Assembly: GCF_004010195.1 (NCBI RefSeq)
Contig: NC_057718.1
Span: 37,194,337 to 37,258,336, forward strand
Source of the DNA: Chiloscyllium plagiosum
Lineage: Eukaryota
Length of the DNA: 64,000 nucleotides
Direction: 5' to 3'
Made by a program: the position numbers and the translations under genes. Shown piece after piece: positions 12,879 through 25,675 of the stretch (the stretch's first letter is position 1; each line of letters starts with the position of its first letter). The notes beneath the pieces are model-generated. The model was not told where the DNA came from. It was given only the letters and a program-made list of their open reading frames with translations, and did not search any database.

Positions 12879-14659
12879 GACCTGGTGTGATGACACCACC
12901 TTGCTAACTCAACATGTCATCACGCCATGTTTTATGCTGATCGTTTTGCCCAATTTGCAGTTAGAAAACCCAACTTCGATATTTGGGAGAGAAATCAGGA
13001 AGTGCTTTTCCACAACACCTGAAAACTTACATTGATGGGTCAGTTTGAATCTAGTACCTGGTTAGTGGATTGCATAACTGGTCCAATTGCTGGCACTGTG
13101 CCAACACAACAGCCCTGCAGATACACACAAGGTGCACACTATGGACTCTGCTCCCTGGCCTCTGAATGCTGGTTAAGTTAGAATGCTTTTGGAAAACATT
13201 ACTTTGCCCTGGTTGCAGTTTTATTGAGCCAAATTCACAGGTAAAACAACATGACAATAGGTGCTCACAATCTTTTTACCTCCATTTTAATTGGGTTGAT
13301 CTTGCAACAGAGTAATGTTAATCTGAAGTGTTCAGCAGTAGTATCGTTCACACCTCTGCTCTTTAAATTGGCATAGTTTCTCAAGGCATCAGACAGCTGG
13401 TGGGCTGCTGTTTACATTCCCTTTTTAGGGCAATTTAACCTGCACATTCCAATGGCAGGCGTGTGTCACAAAGCAGTAATGTACGCAGATACAAGGAGAT
13501 TTGAAGGATTACAGTCGGAGTCTCTGCCAGTTCAGATGAGATTAGCGAGACTGATGTTCTGGTGGTGAATGGACCACACCAAAAGGGAAGGAAAAAGGTT
13601 AGCAAAATTTACAAAAACAAAAGTCATATGCTGACTTATGCTTTGGGACAGCAAAGATAACATTGGCAAAAAAAAGGTAAATGATAGAGTGAGACAATGC
13701 TGCTGAGGAATTCCCACAAAGCCTTTTTCAAGTGGAGCCAATGCCCCTGAGGTTCCAAATTTAGGTGCGGTAAATGATTTGGAACTTTTGTTTTATGGCT
13801 GAGAGAAAAGCTTGGGAGTGGGGTGCATTTTGTTTATTGTTCCCACAGCAATGTCGCTCTGAAAAACATAGTAGCACACGGACATATTACCAATAGATCC
13901 ATATTGCTTTTTATTGTTTTGCTACTTTCATTCTCTTTCACTACTGTGGGTGTTCAGATGAGACTATTGATATAGAGAACTCTGCTGCACCCTGGAACAA
14001 TTTCAAACACTTCAAGGGGAGGGAACATTCTTTTAGCCCTATCTGAGAATGCCTGACCTCTGGTAAAACATGCTACAAGTTGAGGGAATTGCATACGTTC
14101 CTGGTAATATATTTTCCTCGATTGGATGGATCAGATTTGGATCCAGGCTGGTCCAATATTGCAGCCCCCATTAAACTGAAAGAGACACCCAGAGACTAGC
14201 AGAGAGTTCATCCCTGTCATTGCCTTTTATAATGAGTAATGAGATAACGTCATTAGGGACTAGGAAGAGTCACACTGGGCCTGATAGGGCGAGGCAGATG
14301 AGATAGCAGGAATACTTAAAATGACTGTGCTTATATCATCTCTGTGCTAAAGAGTCGCATATTTACTGAAACTAAATGAACTCCCTCACATTCAGTACAG
14401 AGCCAACCCAATAACTGCTTCAAGCCATTTCACTGATAAAATCAGCAGCAATCACTGTTAAGATAAAAACAGATTCTTTTTAAATCGACTGACATATTCA
14501 GAAAGAAACAAAAGGATCTTCATAACCATTGCCTTGATTACAAAGCTTGCTCTTAATTTGTCAGTTTTCACTAAAAGCATTAGATTTTAGAAAGAGACAT
14601 TGTGACAAGATTTTGCACAACCATTCCTTAATTTCTGAGGCAGAGTAAATCAAAGCAGG

Positions 14660-14716
14660 GAGGGATGAGTTGGACCGAAGGGTCTGTTTCCATGCTGTAC
14701 ATCTCTATGACTCTAT
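14660..14716 (+). mobile_element. HER1 3' tail only
   Basis: gagttggaccgaagggtctgtttccatgctgtacatctctatgactcta, near identical to 4238-4286. Confidence 0.75.
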
Positions 14717-16351
14717 AAAACCCCTCTACCTTCTACCAACAGCTATGGCCATAGCACCAATCACACAGTCTCACCACGGTTTATTTTCTGATTCAGGAAT
14801 TATTTAAACAAGTGCTTCCTGAACTTTTCCCCACTGTGACCTTATATCAAGGCTTGAAAATTGTCATGAGCCCTCAGTGAGGACTGTGAGAGGAGAGTAG
14901 GAGGGTAGGGGCTGGAACCTGTTCAAGCCAGAGTACGACTGCTTTAACTCAGATTGAGCTGTGTGGCAGCCATTGTTGCCTCAGAGCTCAGGACTCCAAC
15001 CTTTCAGCTCAAATCTCCACTTGGAATCCACCTCCCTAACCCACACCCAACTTTGGGAAGCCCTGACATAAACAGTCTTCAGTCGGGATTTAGGATGAGT
15101 GCAATTTACGTGGGCACCAACGTTGACACACTCATGTAGCAATAATAACCAAAAATCTTGTTATTTCTCCTTTTGCGTTTTAGAATCACTGAAATGATAC
15201 ATCACAGAAGAACAACTTTCAGCCCATCATGCACCTGTGAGCACTTTTGCTGATGCTTCAGCTAGAATTTGGGGACGGGCAATAAATTTGGGGACTCAGC
15301 CAGCGATACTCAAATTCCATGAATGATGTTTTCAAAAGCCCCTTCATCCGCCCTTTTCTTTCACCATTGCAGGGTTTTATTTCCAAGTATTTATCCATTT
15401 TCCATTTGAAAACTGTGGTAAATCCACTTCCACCATCCAATCAAACATTAACAGTCCAGGTCATAATAACTGACTGCAGAAACATTTTCTTCTTCAAGTA
15501 ATCCCGAGTTCTTCTGTCAATTACATTAAATCTTTATGGTTTGATCCTATGGCATGGAAGCTAAGCACCATAGCGATGACAGCAGCTTTAAGATGAGCTT
15601 CTCAGTTATTTGTAAATCAGCTTACAGAAGATAATGCAATGCACTTCCTCTCATGTGAAGGGGAATCACTGAAGAGGGGTCTGCTTCAAATATCCGGACA
15701 ATAGGGGTATGATTTACAAGAATAAGCCCTTGAGCTTGACTGGACCAAACCCCCAATGACATCCATTTGAACGTGAAGCTGTGGGTCCTTACAAGTCATT
15801 TTTTTTCATCCAGTTTACACAGAGCCAAGTAGATTCTGAATTGGATTCCCATCCTGTTAACTTAATTAGCTGTCGACCCACACTGAAGCAGCAATTTCCT
15901 CAACCCCAAGAAAATATACCTCTGCAAAGTGACTGAAGCCTGCACCATTAAAGTCATAAATATGGAAGAAACAAAATGTTATATACTAAATACATAAGTC
16001 CAAAATTTCTCAACTGAGAAAGTAAGTCATGCTTCTTTACTCAAACAAATAGCATCACCAAACTGGCTTTAAAAAACACCAACATCGGCGTCTCCAAATC
16101 ATGTTTTGCAAATAATGAGCAATCACCTGGAGAAATGGTCATGTAACAATGCAGCAGCAGGTTATTGAAACACTTGACAGGTGTAGTTGTCAATCACTTC
16201 TCAAGCACCCTCTGAGATACTAAGTGCTTTGAACAGCACTCAATGGTTGGAGCTGTTCATTGTAACTTATCAAAGCCTTCTGAGTTTGTCCATTTCACTG
16301 AAGAAGCTCTTCTCACTGTGAACTTACTATAGTGAAACCAGTTTTTTTCTC

Positions 16352-16810
16352 GATTTGGAGATGCTGGTGTTGGACTGGGGTGTACAAAGTTAAAAATCAC
16401 CCAACACCACGTTATAGTCCAACAGGTTTAATTGGAAGCACTAGCTTTCAGAGCGCCACTCCTTCATTCAGCTTTGCAGAGGTATATTTTCTTGGTGTTG
16501 AGGAAATTGCTGCTTCAGTGTGGGTTGCAGCTAATTAAGTTGACAGGATGGGAATCCAATTCAGAATCTACTTGGCTCTGCGTAAACTGGATGAAGAAAA
16601 ATGACTTGAATGGACCCACAGCTGATGAAGGAGTGGCGCTCCAAAAGCTAGTGTTTCCAATTAAATCTGTTGGACTATATTTTGGATTAGTGGTGCTAGA
16701 AGAGCACAGCAGTTCAGGCAGCATCCGAGGAGCAGCAAAATCGGTTATAGTCCATCAGGAAGGGTTTTTACCTGTTGGACTATAACCTGGTGTTGTGTGA
16801 TTTTTTAGTT
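16352..16810. mobile_element. Composite Penelope-derived terminal element: inverted family-B arms enclosing captured local DNA, plus a family-A piece
   Basis: Arm 16413-16471 is the reverse complement of arm 16622-16679; insert 16472-16623 is an inverted copy of 15777-15929. Confidence 0.75.
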
Positions 16811-16849
16811 TTTTTCTCCCCTGTCAAGTCGCTTCCGATTTACATCTGC

Positions 16850-17915
16850 GATTCCTCGGATGCATTTCATCAGTTGCAGAACTTCCAGTTTGCAGGCTCA
16901 GTTGTCTCCTCTTTACCATAGACATGCAATCTCTTCACACTTCTATCCCACGTGGGGATGGTCATGGGGCTCTCTGTTTCTTCCTGCAAAAAAGGTCTGA
17001 ACCGTCCCCATCCACTGCCACCCTCCTCTGCCTGGCCGAGCTTGGCCTGACTCTGAACAGCTTCTCTTTTAACTCCTCTCACTTTCTTCAGGTTAGAGGG
17101 CTGGTCATGGGTACCTGCATGGGCCCCAGTTAAGCCCATCTCTTTGTGAGGTAGGTAGAACATACCTTATTCCAATCCTATTCCAGCCCCCACCAACAAC
17201 TCTTTCTCTGGTATATCAATGATATCACTGGTACTTCCTCTCTCGTCCATGATTGGAAAAGTTTATTAATTTCACTTCCTGTTTCCAACACACTCTCACC
17301 TTCATCTGGTCTATCTCTGACTCCTCCCTTCCTTTCCTCGACATCTCTGTTTCTATTTCTGGGGATAGGCTGGCCAACGATATCCACAACAAACCCACTG
17401 ACTCCCACAGTTACCTTCACTACACATCTTCACACCCTGCTTCCTGTATAGACTTCACTCCATTCACCCAGTTCCACTTTCTCCGTCACATCTGTTCTGA
17501 TGATGCCAGTTTCATCAAGGGAGCCTCCAAAATGTCCATCTTCTTCCTCAACCCAGGATTCCCACCACCATTGTTGACAGAGCCCTCAGCTGGGTCCAAC
17601 CCATCTCCCGCACTTCAGCCCTCACCCCTCTCTTCCCTCCCACAACAGCGAAAGGGTCCCCCAGAAGATCATTGGCCTCTATTAATGCCACCTCCAGCGA
17701 GATGCCATCATCAGACACATATTCCCCTCCCCCCCTTTGCCAGCCTTTCACTAGGACTGTTCATTCCAGGATACCCTGGTTCCCTTCTCCTTCACACCCA
17801 ACACCCCCCAGGGACCCATTACACCTTCCCCAGCAACCGCAAAAGACCCTGAGCATTGTTGCCTGCCATTTCAACACACTACCATGTTCCCTGGTCAATT
17901 TCTCTGTCTCAGGAT
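16850..17915 (+). mobile_element. Penelope-like element RT pseudo-ORF
   Basis: SLHTSIP, GLVMGTCMGPS, WYIND (YIDD-like), LPFLDISV, KPTDSHSYL and VACHFN are motifs of Penelope RT and the downstream GIY-YIG region; stops and frameshifts present. Confidence 0.8.
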
Positions 17916-18067
17916 CTTGGATTTCCCAGCCATCCGCATGTAGAATAGTGGATCTGATGAGCAGGAGGGCAGCAAGCTCTTGTCCCACTGTTTCCTTTTG
18001 GCATTGAAGGACCTGGCACATACTTAAGGGGCATTATTTGAACTGGCATTGCCTGCTCCAATATCCT

Positions 18068-18150
18068 AGTCTAGATTAGAGTGGTGCTGGAAAAGCACAG
18101 AGGTCAAGCAGCATCCGAGGAGCAGGAAAATTGACATTTCAGGCAAAAGC
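18068..18150 (-). mobile_element. Penelope-derived short terminal element (family A) with 16-bp TSD
   Basis: TSD cctgctcc(a/c)atatcct at 18052-18067 and 18151-18166; retains stem II and GAAA of a hammerhead motif. Confidence 0.7.
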
Positions 18151-20229
18151 CCTGCTCCCATATCCTGCCCAACTCAACAACTGTGGGTGTCGCAGGCAGA
18201 ACAGAAAGTGACCCCATCATTTAGCACCATTTTACGTACCATCGCTTGTATAAGTGCAGGGTTCACTTACCCCAGCTTCATGTATGCATGAGGAGATGGA
18301 TTTGAATAAATAGCAGAGATTGATCATTTCAGAACTTTATCATAGAATCGCTACAGTGGAAACAGGCCATTCAGTCCATCAAGTCAACCTCACCTCCATT
18401 TTCTCAATTGTTCCCTTGTTAAGAGTAATCTCCCATCTTGAGCTTCCCGCCTTTACACTGGGCCCCATTAAAGTAGTCAACCATATGCATGTTCTCCATC
18501 CTGAGTGCGCTCCCAGCAACGTCCACAGGCCAATATCAGGGCTTCCTGCTCTTCACATTAGAGACCTCCCCTATGAGGCCATCGCACGTTTGACCCTGGA
18601 ACGCCCATCTATTTTGCAACTTAAACAACAGCCACCCAGCCTCAATAGTAGCACAGACAACTGGTCCCCAAAGAAGACACAGCAATTTCTACCCACTCCA
18701 AAGCTTTCAAAGGTGACTAATTTATTTCCACTTGTCTCTGTTATGAACCTGAAATCATGTATTGTTTGCTTGTCAGGAACTTAACTTATGGGAGAGGGAT
18801 CTTATTTCTGTGAGCTAGCATTTTATTGAGCTCATGTGAGATGCAATTGCAAGCAAAGGACCTGTGAAGTTTGCTGTTAGGAAGCTGGACCCACCTTTAC
18901 ATTTCTGAGAATGCAATTGCAAAGAATTTATCTTATTGCCGGGATTCTGCATTTTGGCCACCTGAACAATTGGCTTTTCTCACTTCTCCAGGTGTACCCA
19001 GAAGAACCCACCCATTAAGAAAGTCCAAGGCAGAGAATGTATTCTGGCTGAGGGGTCCCAATGCCAATGACAAGAAGTGCTTTCGAGGTCTGATTCCCAA
19101 TGAGATTGGCTGAATTCCAAGATCAAGCTCAGAAACTGAGCCTGAGTCAGCGGTGATGGAACTAACTTGTGGAAGTAACTTACTTCATTTTGTCCTCACT
19201 AACTTGCTGCGTACAAATCTATGTGTCCATGAAGTCAGTAAAAAGAATGACTACTGCATGGCCCTTGTGAAGACAATGTCTACTTTTTGTGTTTTCCAAT
19301 GTGTGCTGTTACACTGTGGTAGGTGGACTGGAAAGAACATTAAACTAGCAAGTCAAAACTCGTCACCATGTGGTTTTGTATGCTGTCAGTATAATGTTAC
19401 ATCATAAACTCTCGCCTCCCAGTTTCTCTTACATTCTTCAATTCTCCATTATGACTAAGCTGGATGATGAGCCAATATTTATTACAAAGTGTTAGAAGCT
19501 TTTTGTTCTCTTTGGGGAGTATTCATTGATGCCGTACAATGATTGAGATAGGATGTCAGTAGTTTTGTTGTCAAAGGTCACAGAGAAAGACTGAGGGATG
19601 GAGGCAGAAGGAGAAAGGGTATATGGCAAGGGGGCCTGTCAAGGATAGAGAGGTCACCAGGGCAGGGTGGAGGGTTAATTATGAATGTGAGTATGCAGCT
19701 CAGGGTGGGAGGAATTTCACAGATTGAAATGATAATTGAGTTTTAGATATCAATCAAAAATTGAAGGGAGGAGGAAGCGCTATGAACATTCCTGTCCCCA
19801 GTTATAATGGAGCCTAGGGCATGAAAGCAAAGGATTGAATGATTACAAGTAGCTTCAGTTAAACGTGCAAAGTTAGCAATCCCACCCACCTTCATCTCGA
19901 GCTCCTTAGTTTATGACCAAACAGTGTGGATAACTTTATGTAATGTTAATAAATGGCTAAATGCAAAGACTTCTGGAACTGCAGGCATGTGCAAGAGAAT
20001 TAACTGCTCCCCTCACTAAGTTATTCCATAGCAGCTATCTCCTGGCATGCCAACAAGGTCTCACATGGCCTAACCATGCCCATTCTATTAAAAGATGGTA
20101 AAAGGTGAATCCCCTCACCCACTATGAGCAGCTTTGAGGGTCAACACTGGCCAGAGCTTAACTGGGCCAGTCACATTAACAACGTTCGTACAGGACAGGA
20201 CAGAGACTGGATACTGCATAATTGTTAGG

Positions 20230-20372
20230 CAAGAGTGAGGACTGCAGATGCTGGAGATTAGAGACAAGAGTCTGAGGAGCCCTGATGAAGGGCTTTTGCC
20301 CAAAACATTGACTCTCCTGCTCTTCAGATGCTGCCTGACCTGCTGTGCGTTTCCAGCACCACACTCTCGACT
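20230..20372. mobile_element. Penelope-derived family-A element, partial inverted arrangement, decayed hammerhead core on + strand
   Basis: gtgaggactgcagatgctggaga.. then cctgatgaagggcttttgcccaaaacattg.. from 20281. Confidence 0.7.
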
Positions 20373-20885
20373 GTGTAATAGTTAGCTCACTTTCTTGCTC
20401 CTCAAAACTTCTCCACCATCTGCAAGGTTCAAGTAAGTCCATGATAGAAAGCTCAGCACTCACCTGGATAGATACAACTGCAGCAACAGTCAAAAAGCTC
20501 AACTCATTTCAGGATAAAGCAGTCTGCTTGATCTGTGCCCTTACCACTAGACTGGAGCTGGCCATCCCCCTTTCCACTGTGGCTAAATATGGAAACTCTG
20601 CCATAGCTCACTAATCAGGGTTTACACCTCCCAACTCCACAGTAGCTGGCAAAAAAAATTGGCTGAGAACAGCAATTATGTGAACCTCTGCTTATTCCAT
20701 CCTGGATTTATCATGTCGCACTATCTTTCATCACTGAGTCAATATCATGAAAATCCTTAATCCCAATTAATTCCTTTCAAGTTCTCCAGTAGCAGAAGAA
20801 CTACAATAGCTCTAATCAGAAGGCCCACTATCACTTTCTCAGGCAATTAGGGATGGGCATAACTTTAAAGAATGCCACACATGAG

Positions 20886-21000
20886 GACTTTGTGGTGTTG
20901 TGGCAATGTGCCTGTTTCAGAGACAGGAGGCCTAAGTTCACGTCCGACCTGTTTCTTAAGTGCAATAACATCTCTGAACAGGTTGATTTGAAAATATTTC
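20886..21000 (+). mobile_element. Short tRNA-like SINE, second family
   Basis: Degenerate A-box tggtgttgtggc and B-box agttcacgtcc, then ataacatctctgaacaggttgatt. Confidence 0.45.
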
Positions 21001-22852
21001 CAAAACGTCACAGGTGTCCTAAGAGCCCAATTAAAGAACCCTCGTGATGACTCATTCTAAACTTTATGGAACAAGAGGACAGTGTCTTTTGCGTTTTAAC
21101 TGTTGATTCTGGGTAATTATTTTCATTTGTGCCACTGAATTTGCTATTAGCCTTTCTGAAGTTGCTTACCAAGAATACTGAGAATTATATGGCCAGCATA
21201 GAGCATAAACTAATAATTCAGGCACATTGCTCAATTTCTTTCCTTTCTCCAGATACATCTCTTATACTTACTGAATTCCCCATGAAGATTTCTTCGAGAA
21301 AATTTGAAGGATGCTCACTCAGTAATATTTTGCTACAATCCTTAAAAATTGTTAGCACCCTGAAATGCTATGGTAATGTTGAACAGTGTTAATATCCTGC
21401 AGTGGTACCAATTCAAACTTTCCCATATGTCACAGTATCATCAATGTGCATTAAAGGCATGGGGCAGGTTATCAGAAAGCCTTACTTACCCACGAATACT
21501 GCAATTTAGGGGAGCGTTTTCAACAGCAAATGGTTCAAGTCGAAACATAAGCATGTACAGGGCCACTATTTCAGTCTCTAACCTGAGACATGGGCATTTA
21601 AAACCTGCTTGAAAATCTTGGGGTTTCATGAAGAAATGGAGTTTTAGTGCTGGTCAGTTAAGTACACCTGCACCAGATGTTTGAGAGATAATAGTCAGTA
21701 GTATTTGTCATTTTGCTGCTGCAGAAGTTCCTTGAAAATCTGAAATAACATCAGAAAATTACCAATGAACACATCTGTCACATGATATGACATTGAGGGC
21801 ACCGATGTTCAATTGAAGGTTTATGCTGAATTAATTGATTTCATATAGGTTTTATATTGAGCTTCATGACTAACATCTGCTCCTGATCACTATCCAGTGA
21901 ACCCTAATCCAAGGGCTTGTGGGTGGCCATTGGATAATGGAGAATCATGATCGCTTGTGATATCCTACAAATGCTGTCAAGTGTTTTCTGTTTCAAGTGC
22001 CCACATGAAGTGTGGCCATACTGTAGTCTCTTAGAAGGCTCTGGAGAGAAGAAATCTCAGAAGAACAAACCAAGCACACCTTTTTAATCTTTAACTAATT
22101 GTTCTTGAATTTGGTGTTTGCTTGGATCGACAGCTTTTCAATCATATGTGAGACTCCAGAATCCTCTGGAGGATTAAGCAAGAAAATGACAGTCGATGCC
22201 TACATTTCCAATCAGCTGGTAGGCTGAGGGGGGTCTCCACTGTGCAATTTCCTGGACTTCACAACAAAAGAAAAGGTTCTTAGAGTTTGGTGCTAGACCA
22301 ACATTAGCACTTTGTGCAAGTGACTAACAGAGAGATATGTATGCAATTTGTTGTGGAAACATCAACTTTTCTGTAACTGCTAAGCCTGCATTTAGGGAAT
22401 ATAAACTGAAGTCTATATTAAATATTGCCAACAAATTACATAATGAAACCATTAGCTTTCTTTAGTGATGGGCATCTATCCAGCTTGGCTGAAAGTTTGA
22501 GAACATTAAGCTCCTGGATACCTACAACAAATAATTCAAGCTGACATTTTCCTATATTCAGCACTCTCATTATCATCAAGTATTTCATTTCTTAAATCCC
22601 TGCCATAACAAAGCTTGATTTTTATTTTTATGACTAATTGATCTATTAATAAAAGTCTTCTTAAAAGATGATAGGACTGCTGGTTTTAATCCTGTGTCAG
22701 TACTGAGTTTCTGATATCAGGTCAGTAGACTGAACACAACAATCAGCTTCACAGCTCTTGGTTAAAGAGTGAAAGTGGTTCAGGATTTCTACCATTGATT
22801 GGTACCCAATGACTTTTGCTGGAAAATGTATGGATATTGGAATCCAGATTTT

Positions 22853-25670
22853 TCACAATTTTTTTTTCCATTCGTGTAAGCTGTGTTGGCAAGGCCAGTG
22901 TTTATTGTCTATCAATAATTGCCTTTGAAGTGTAGCTTTGGGGGTCGGGAGGTGAGTTTCTTGCCACAAAGTTCCCAGCCACTGCGCTTTTCTAGGATAG
23001 CCACAGTATGTATATGCCTGAACCCTTAAGTTTCTAAGCAACTTTGCAGTCCCAGAATGTTGATCTTGCAGGATACAACAATGGTAATGCTTGTTGAAGA
23101 CAGTCATTGCCTGGCACTTGTATGATGTGAATGTCACTTGTCACCAATGACCAAAGGCTGAAGGACATCTGAGTCTTGCTTCATGCAGTACCTAAACAAT
23201 CATGAACGGTTCTGAACACTGTAAATATCTGTAAACATCCCCACTGTGACCTTATGATGGAGGATGGTATTGATGATGTAGCCAAAAGTTCCTTGGGCAC
23301 TATCCAAGGAACTACTGCAGCAATCTGCTGGGGCTGAGATGATTGGCTTCCAACAATTGTAACCATATTCCATTGTGCAAGGTATGACACCAATACACTC
23401 TGTCAAAAGCTGCTTATGCCAAGGACGGTTACTGTCACACCAATGCTGGAATTCAGCTCTTTAGTCCATGCTGGACCAAGGTTGTAATGAGGTATGGGGT
23501 GAAATGCCCTTTGAAGAAGCTAACTGGCGGGTTGCTGCAGAGCAACTGCATTTGATACCACTGTCAATGGCATGTTCCATCATTTTTCTGATCACGGAGA
23601 GAAAACTGAGTGGTATCGGTTGATTGGATTTGTCCTACTTTTTGTGGACCGGATATACCTGGGAAATTTTCCCCATTTTGAGGTCATTACCAATGCTGTT
23701 GCTGTACTGGAATGGCTTGGCTAGGAGCACAGTATAAGTACAGCAATCCAGCTGAGATGTGGTCAAAGCCTTTGTTGTATCCAGTGCCTTCAGCTGTTTC
23801 TTCATACCATACTGAATGAATCAAATTGGTTGAAGACTGGAAACTACATTGGTAGGAACCTCAGGAAGAGGCCAATGTGAATCACCCACATTACACTTAT
23901 ATCTGAGAAAGGTTACACATCTTTAGCTTTGTCTTTTGTGTTGAAATACTGGGTCACACTATCATTAAGACTGGAAATGCCTATGCTGTTTTTGTTAATG
24001 GCCAAAAGCATTGATGACTGAATGTTGATAGGACCTCTGAGGTTTGATCTGCTCTGATCTGATGGTTGTGCTTAGCTCTATCTATCACATGTTTCCTCTA
24101 TGGATTCCTGTGTCGAAGCTTAATCAGATCAACATCTCATCTTTAGGTGTGCTGATATTGCTCCTGGAATGGTCTACATTCGTCATCGAATCAGGGTTGG
24201 CTATCCAACTTGATAGAAATGGTCCTGTGATGGTTATGCCAGTCTATGAGGTTATACATTGTGAATAAAGTTCTGTCACTGCTGATGACCAACAGCATCT
24301 AATAGGTGCTAGTTTTAATCAATCTGAATCAATCCCAACACATGGATAGTGTCACACAGCAGAATGGAGTCTACAGAACATGGAACATTACATTACAGGC
24401 CCTTCGGCCCTCGATGTTGCGCTGACCTGTGAAACCAATCTGAAGCCCATCTAACCTACTCTATTCCATTCGGTGGCTCAGTGGTTAGCACTGCTGCCTC
24501 ACAGTATAAGGGTCCCAGGTTCGATTCCAGCCTCGGGCGACAAGCTGTGTGGAGTTTGCACATCCTCACCATTTCTGCGTGTGTTTCCTCTGGGTGCTCT
24601 GGTTTCCTCCCACAGTCCAAAGATGTGCAGTTCAGGTGTATCGGCCATACTAAATTGCCCATAGTGTTAGGTTCATTAGTCAGAGGGAAATGGGTCTGGG
24701 TGGGTTACTCTTCGGAGGGTCGGTGCGGACTTGTTGGGCCGAAGGAACTGTTTCTACACTGTAGGAATCTAATCTAATATGCCTATTCAATGACCATTTA
24801 AATACCCTTAAAGTTGGCGACACTGTTGCAGGCAGTGCATTCCATACCCCTACTACTCTCTGAGTAAAGTAGCGAGAATGTATCTTCAGTGTGAAGGTGG
24901 AACACCATCAAAGACTGCAGTGATCATTCCTTTCAAAACTGTCATAAACAAATGCACCTAATAAAAAGTGAAGTCGTTTTTTTAAAAAGCTCTTGTTAGT
25001 TCTTTCAGCATGAGCCGCAGGCATATTTTGGCAAGAATGTTCTTCAGGACTTAGCCAGCAATGGTCCTCTTGATAATGGACATTCAGGTTCTTCACCCAG
25101 TGCCACTGGTGTCTACAGTGCACCTTCCAAATTCAACAGAGTGGAACACTGTTTCATCAGCTGTAAGATTTAGTAGCTGGAAACCAGGAGATTACCCATG
25201 TTTGATAATATGCCATGGAACTTCCTAGAGCCCAGAGTCAATGTTGAGGAGTCCCAGGACCACTTGCTCCATAATAGTGTACCATTGTTCTGCCACTTTT
25301 GGTGGGTCTGCACTGATGATGAAACAATGCATGTTGATGGATGATGGTAGAGGCATTCACTGTAAAGTATAGTGCAGAGATTTGACTAGTTTTTGAGACA
25401 GTTCTCAGAATGTTAGCATTATTTGGTGAGGATGACATTATAAGGTCAACAGAGCAACATGTGTCTTTGTAGCTTTGATGCCAGGTGGTCCATCTGTTGT
25501 TATTTGTATTGAACTTTTCTGTAACAGTTTCATGTCAGTGGCTTCCCAGGCCATTTCAGAGGGTCATTAAGGATCGACTACATTGGTGTGGTCTCATGTC
25601 CCGTATAGACAGACAACAGGTTTCCCCCTGAAGGGAAATTGTGAAACTGAAAGGCTTTCATGACAATCTA
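22853..25670 (-). mobile_element. Old, highly decayed LINE with nested CR1 tail (24375-24870) and SINE
   Basis: Residual RT-like text (TFTSYKCQAMT, VPWIVP..); homologous to 9821-10463. Confidence 0.55.
24471..24777 (+). mobile_element. HE1-like SINE
   Basis: tggctcagtggttagc A-box, ggttcgattcc B-box, (aatct)n tail. Confidence 0.9.
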
Positions 25671-25675
25671 AGATG

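Noticed and set aside
18320-18784. 154-aa plus ORF
   Set aside because: Starts in a LINE/SINE tail remnant, has a non-ATG start and no domain
24471-24545. tRNA gene
   Set aside because: A/B boxes are SINE heads that continue into SINE body; no complete cloverleaf. The same applies to the other copies
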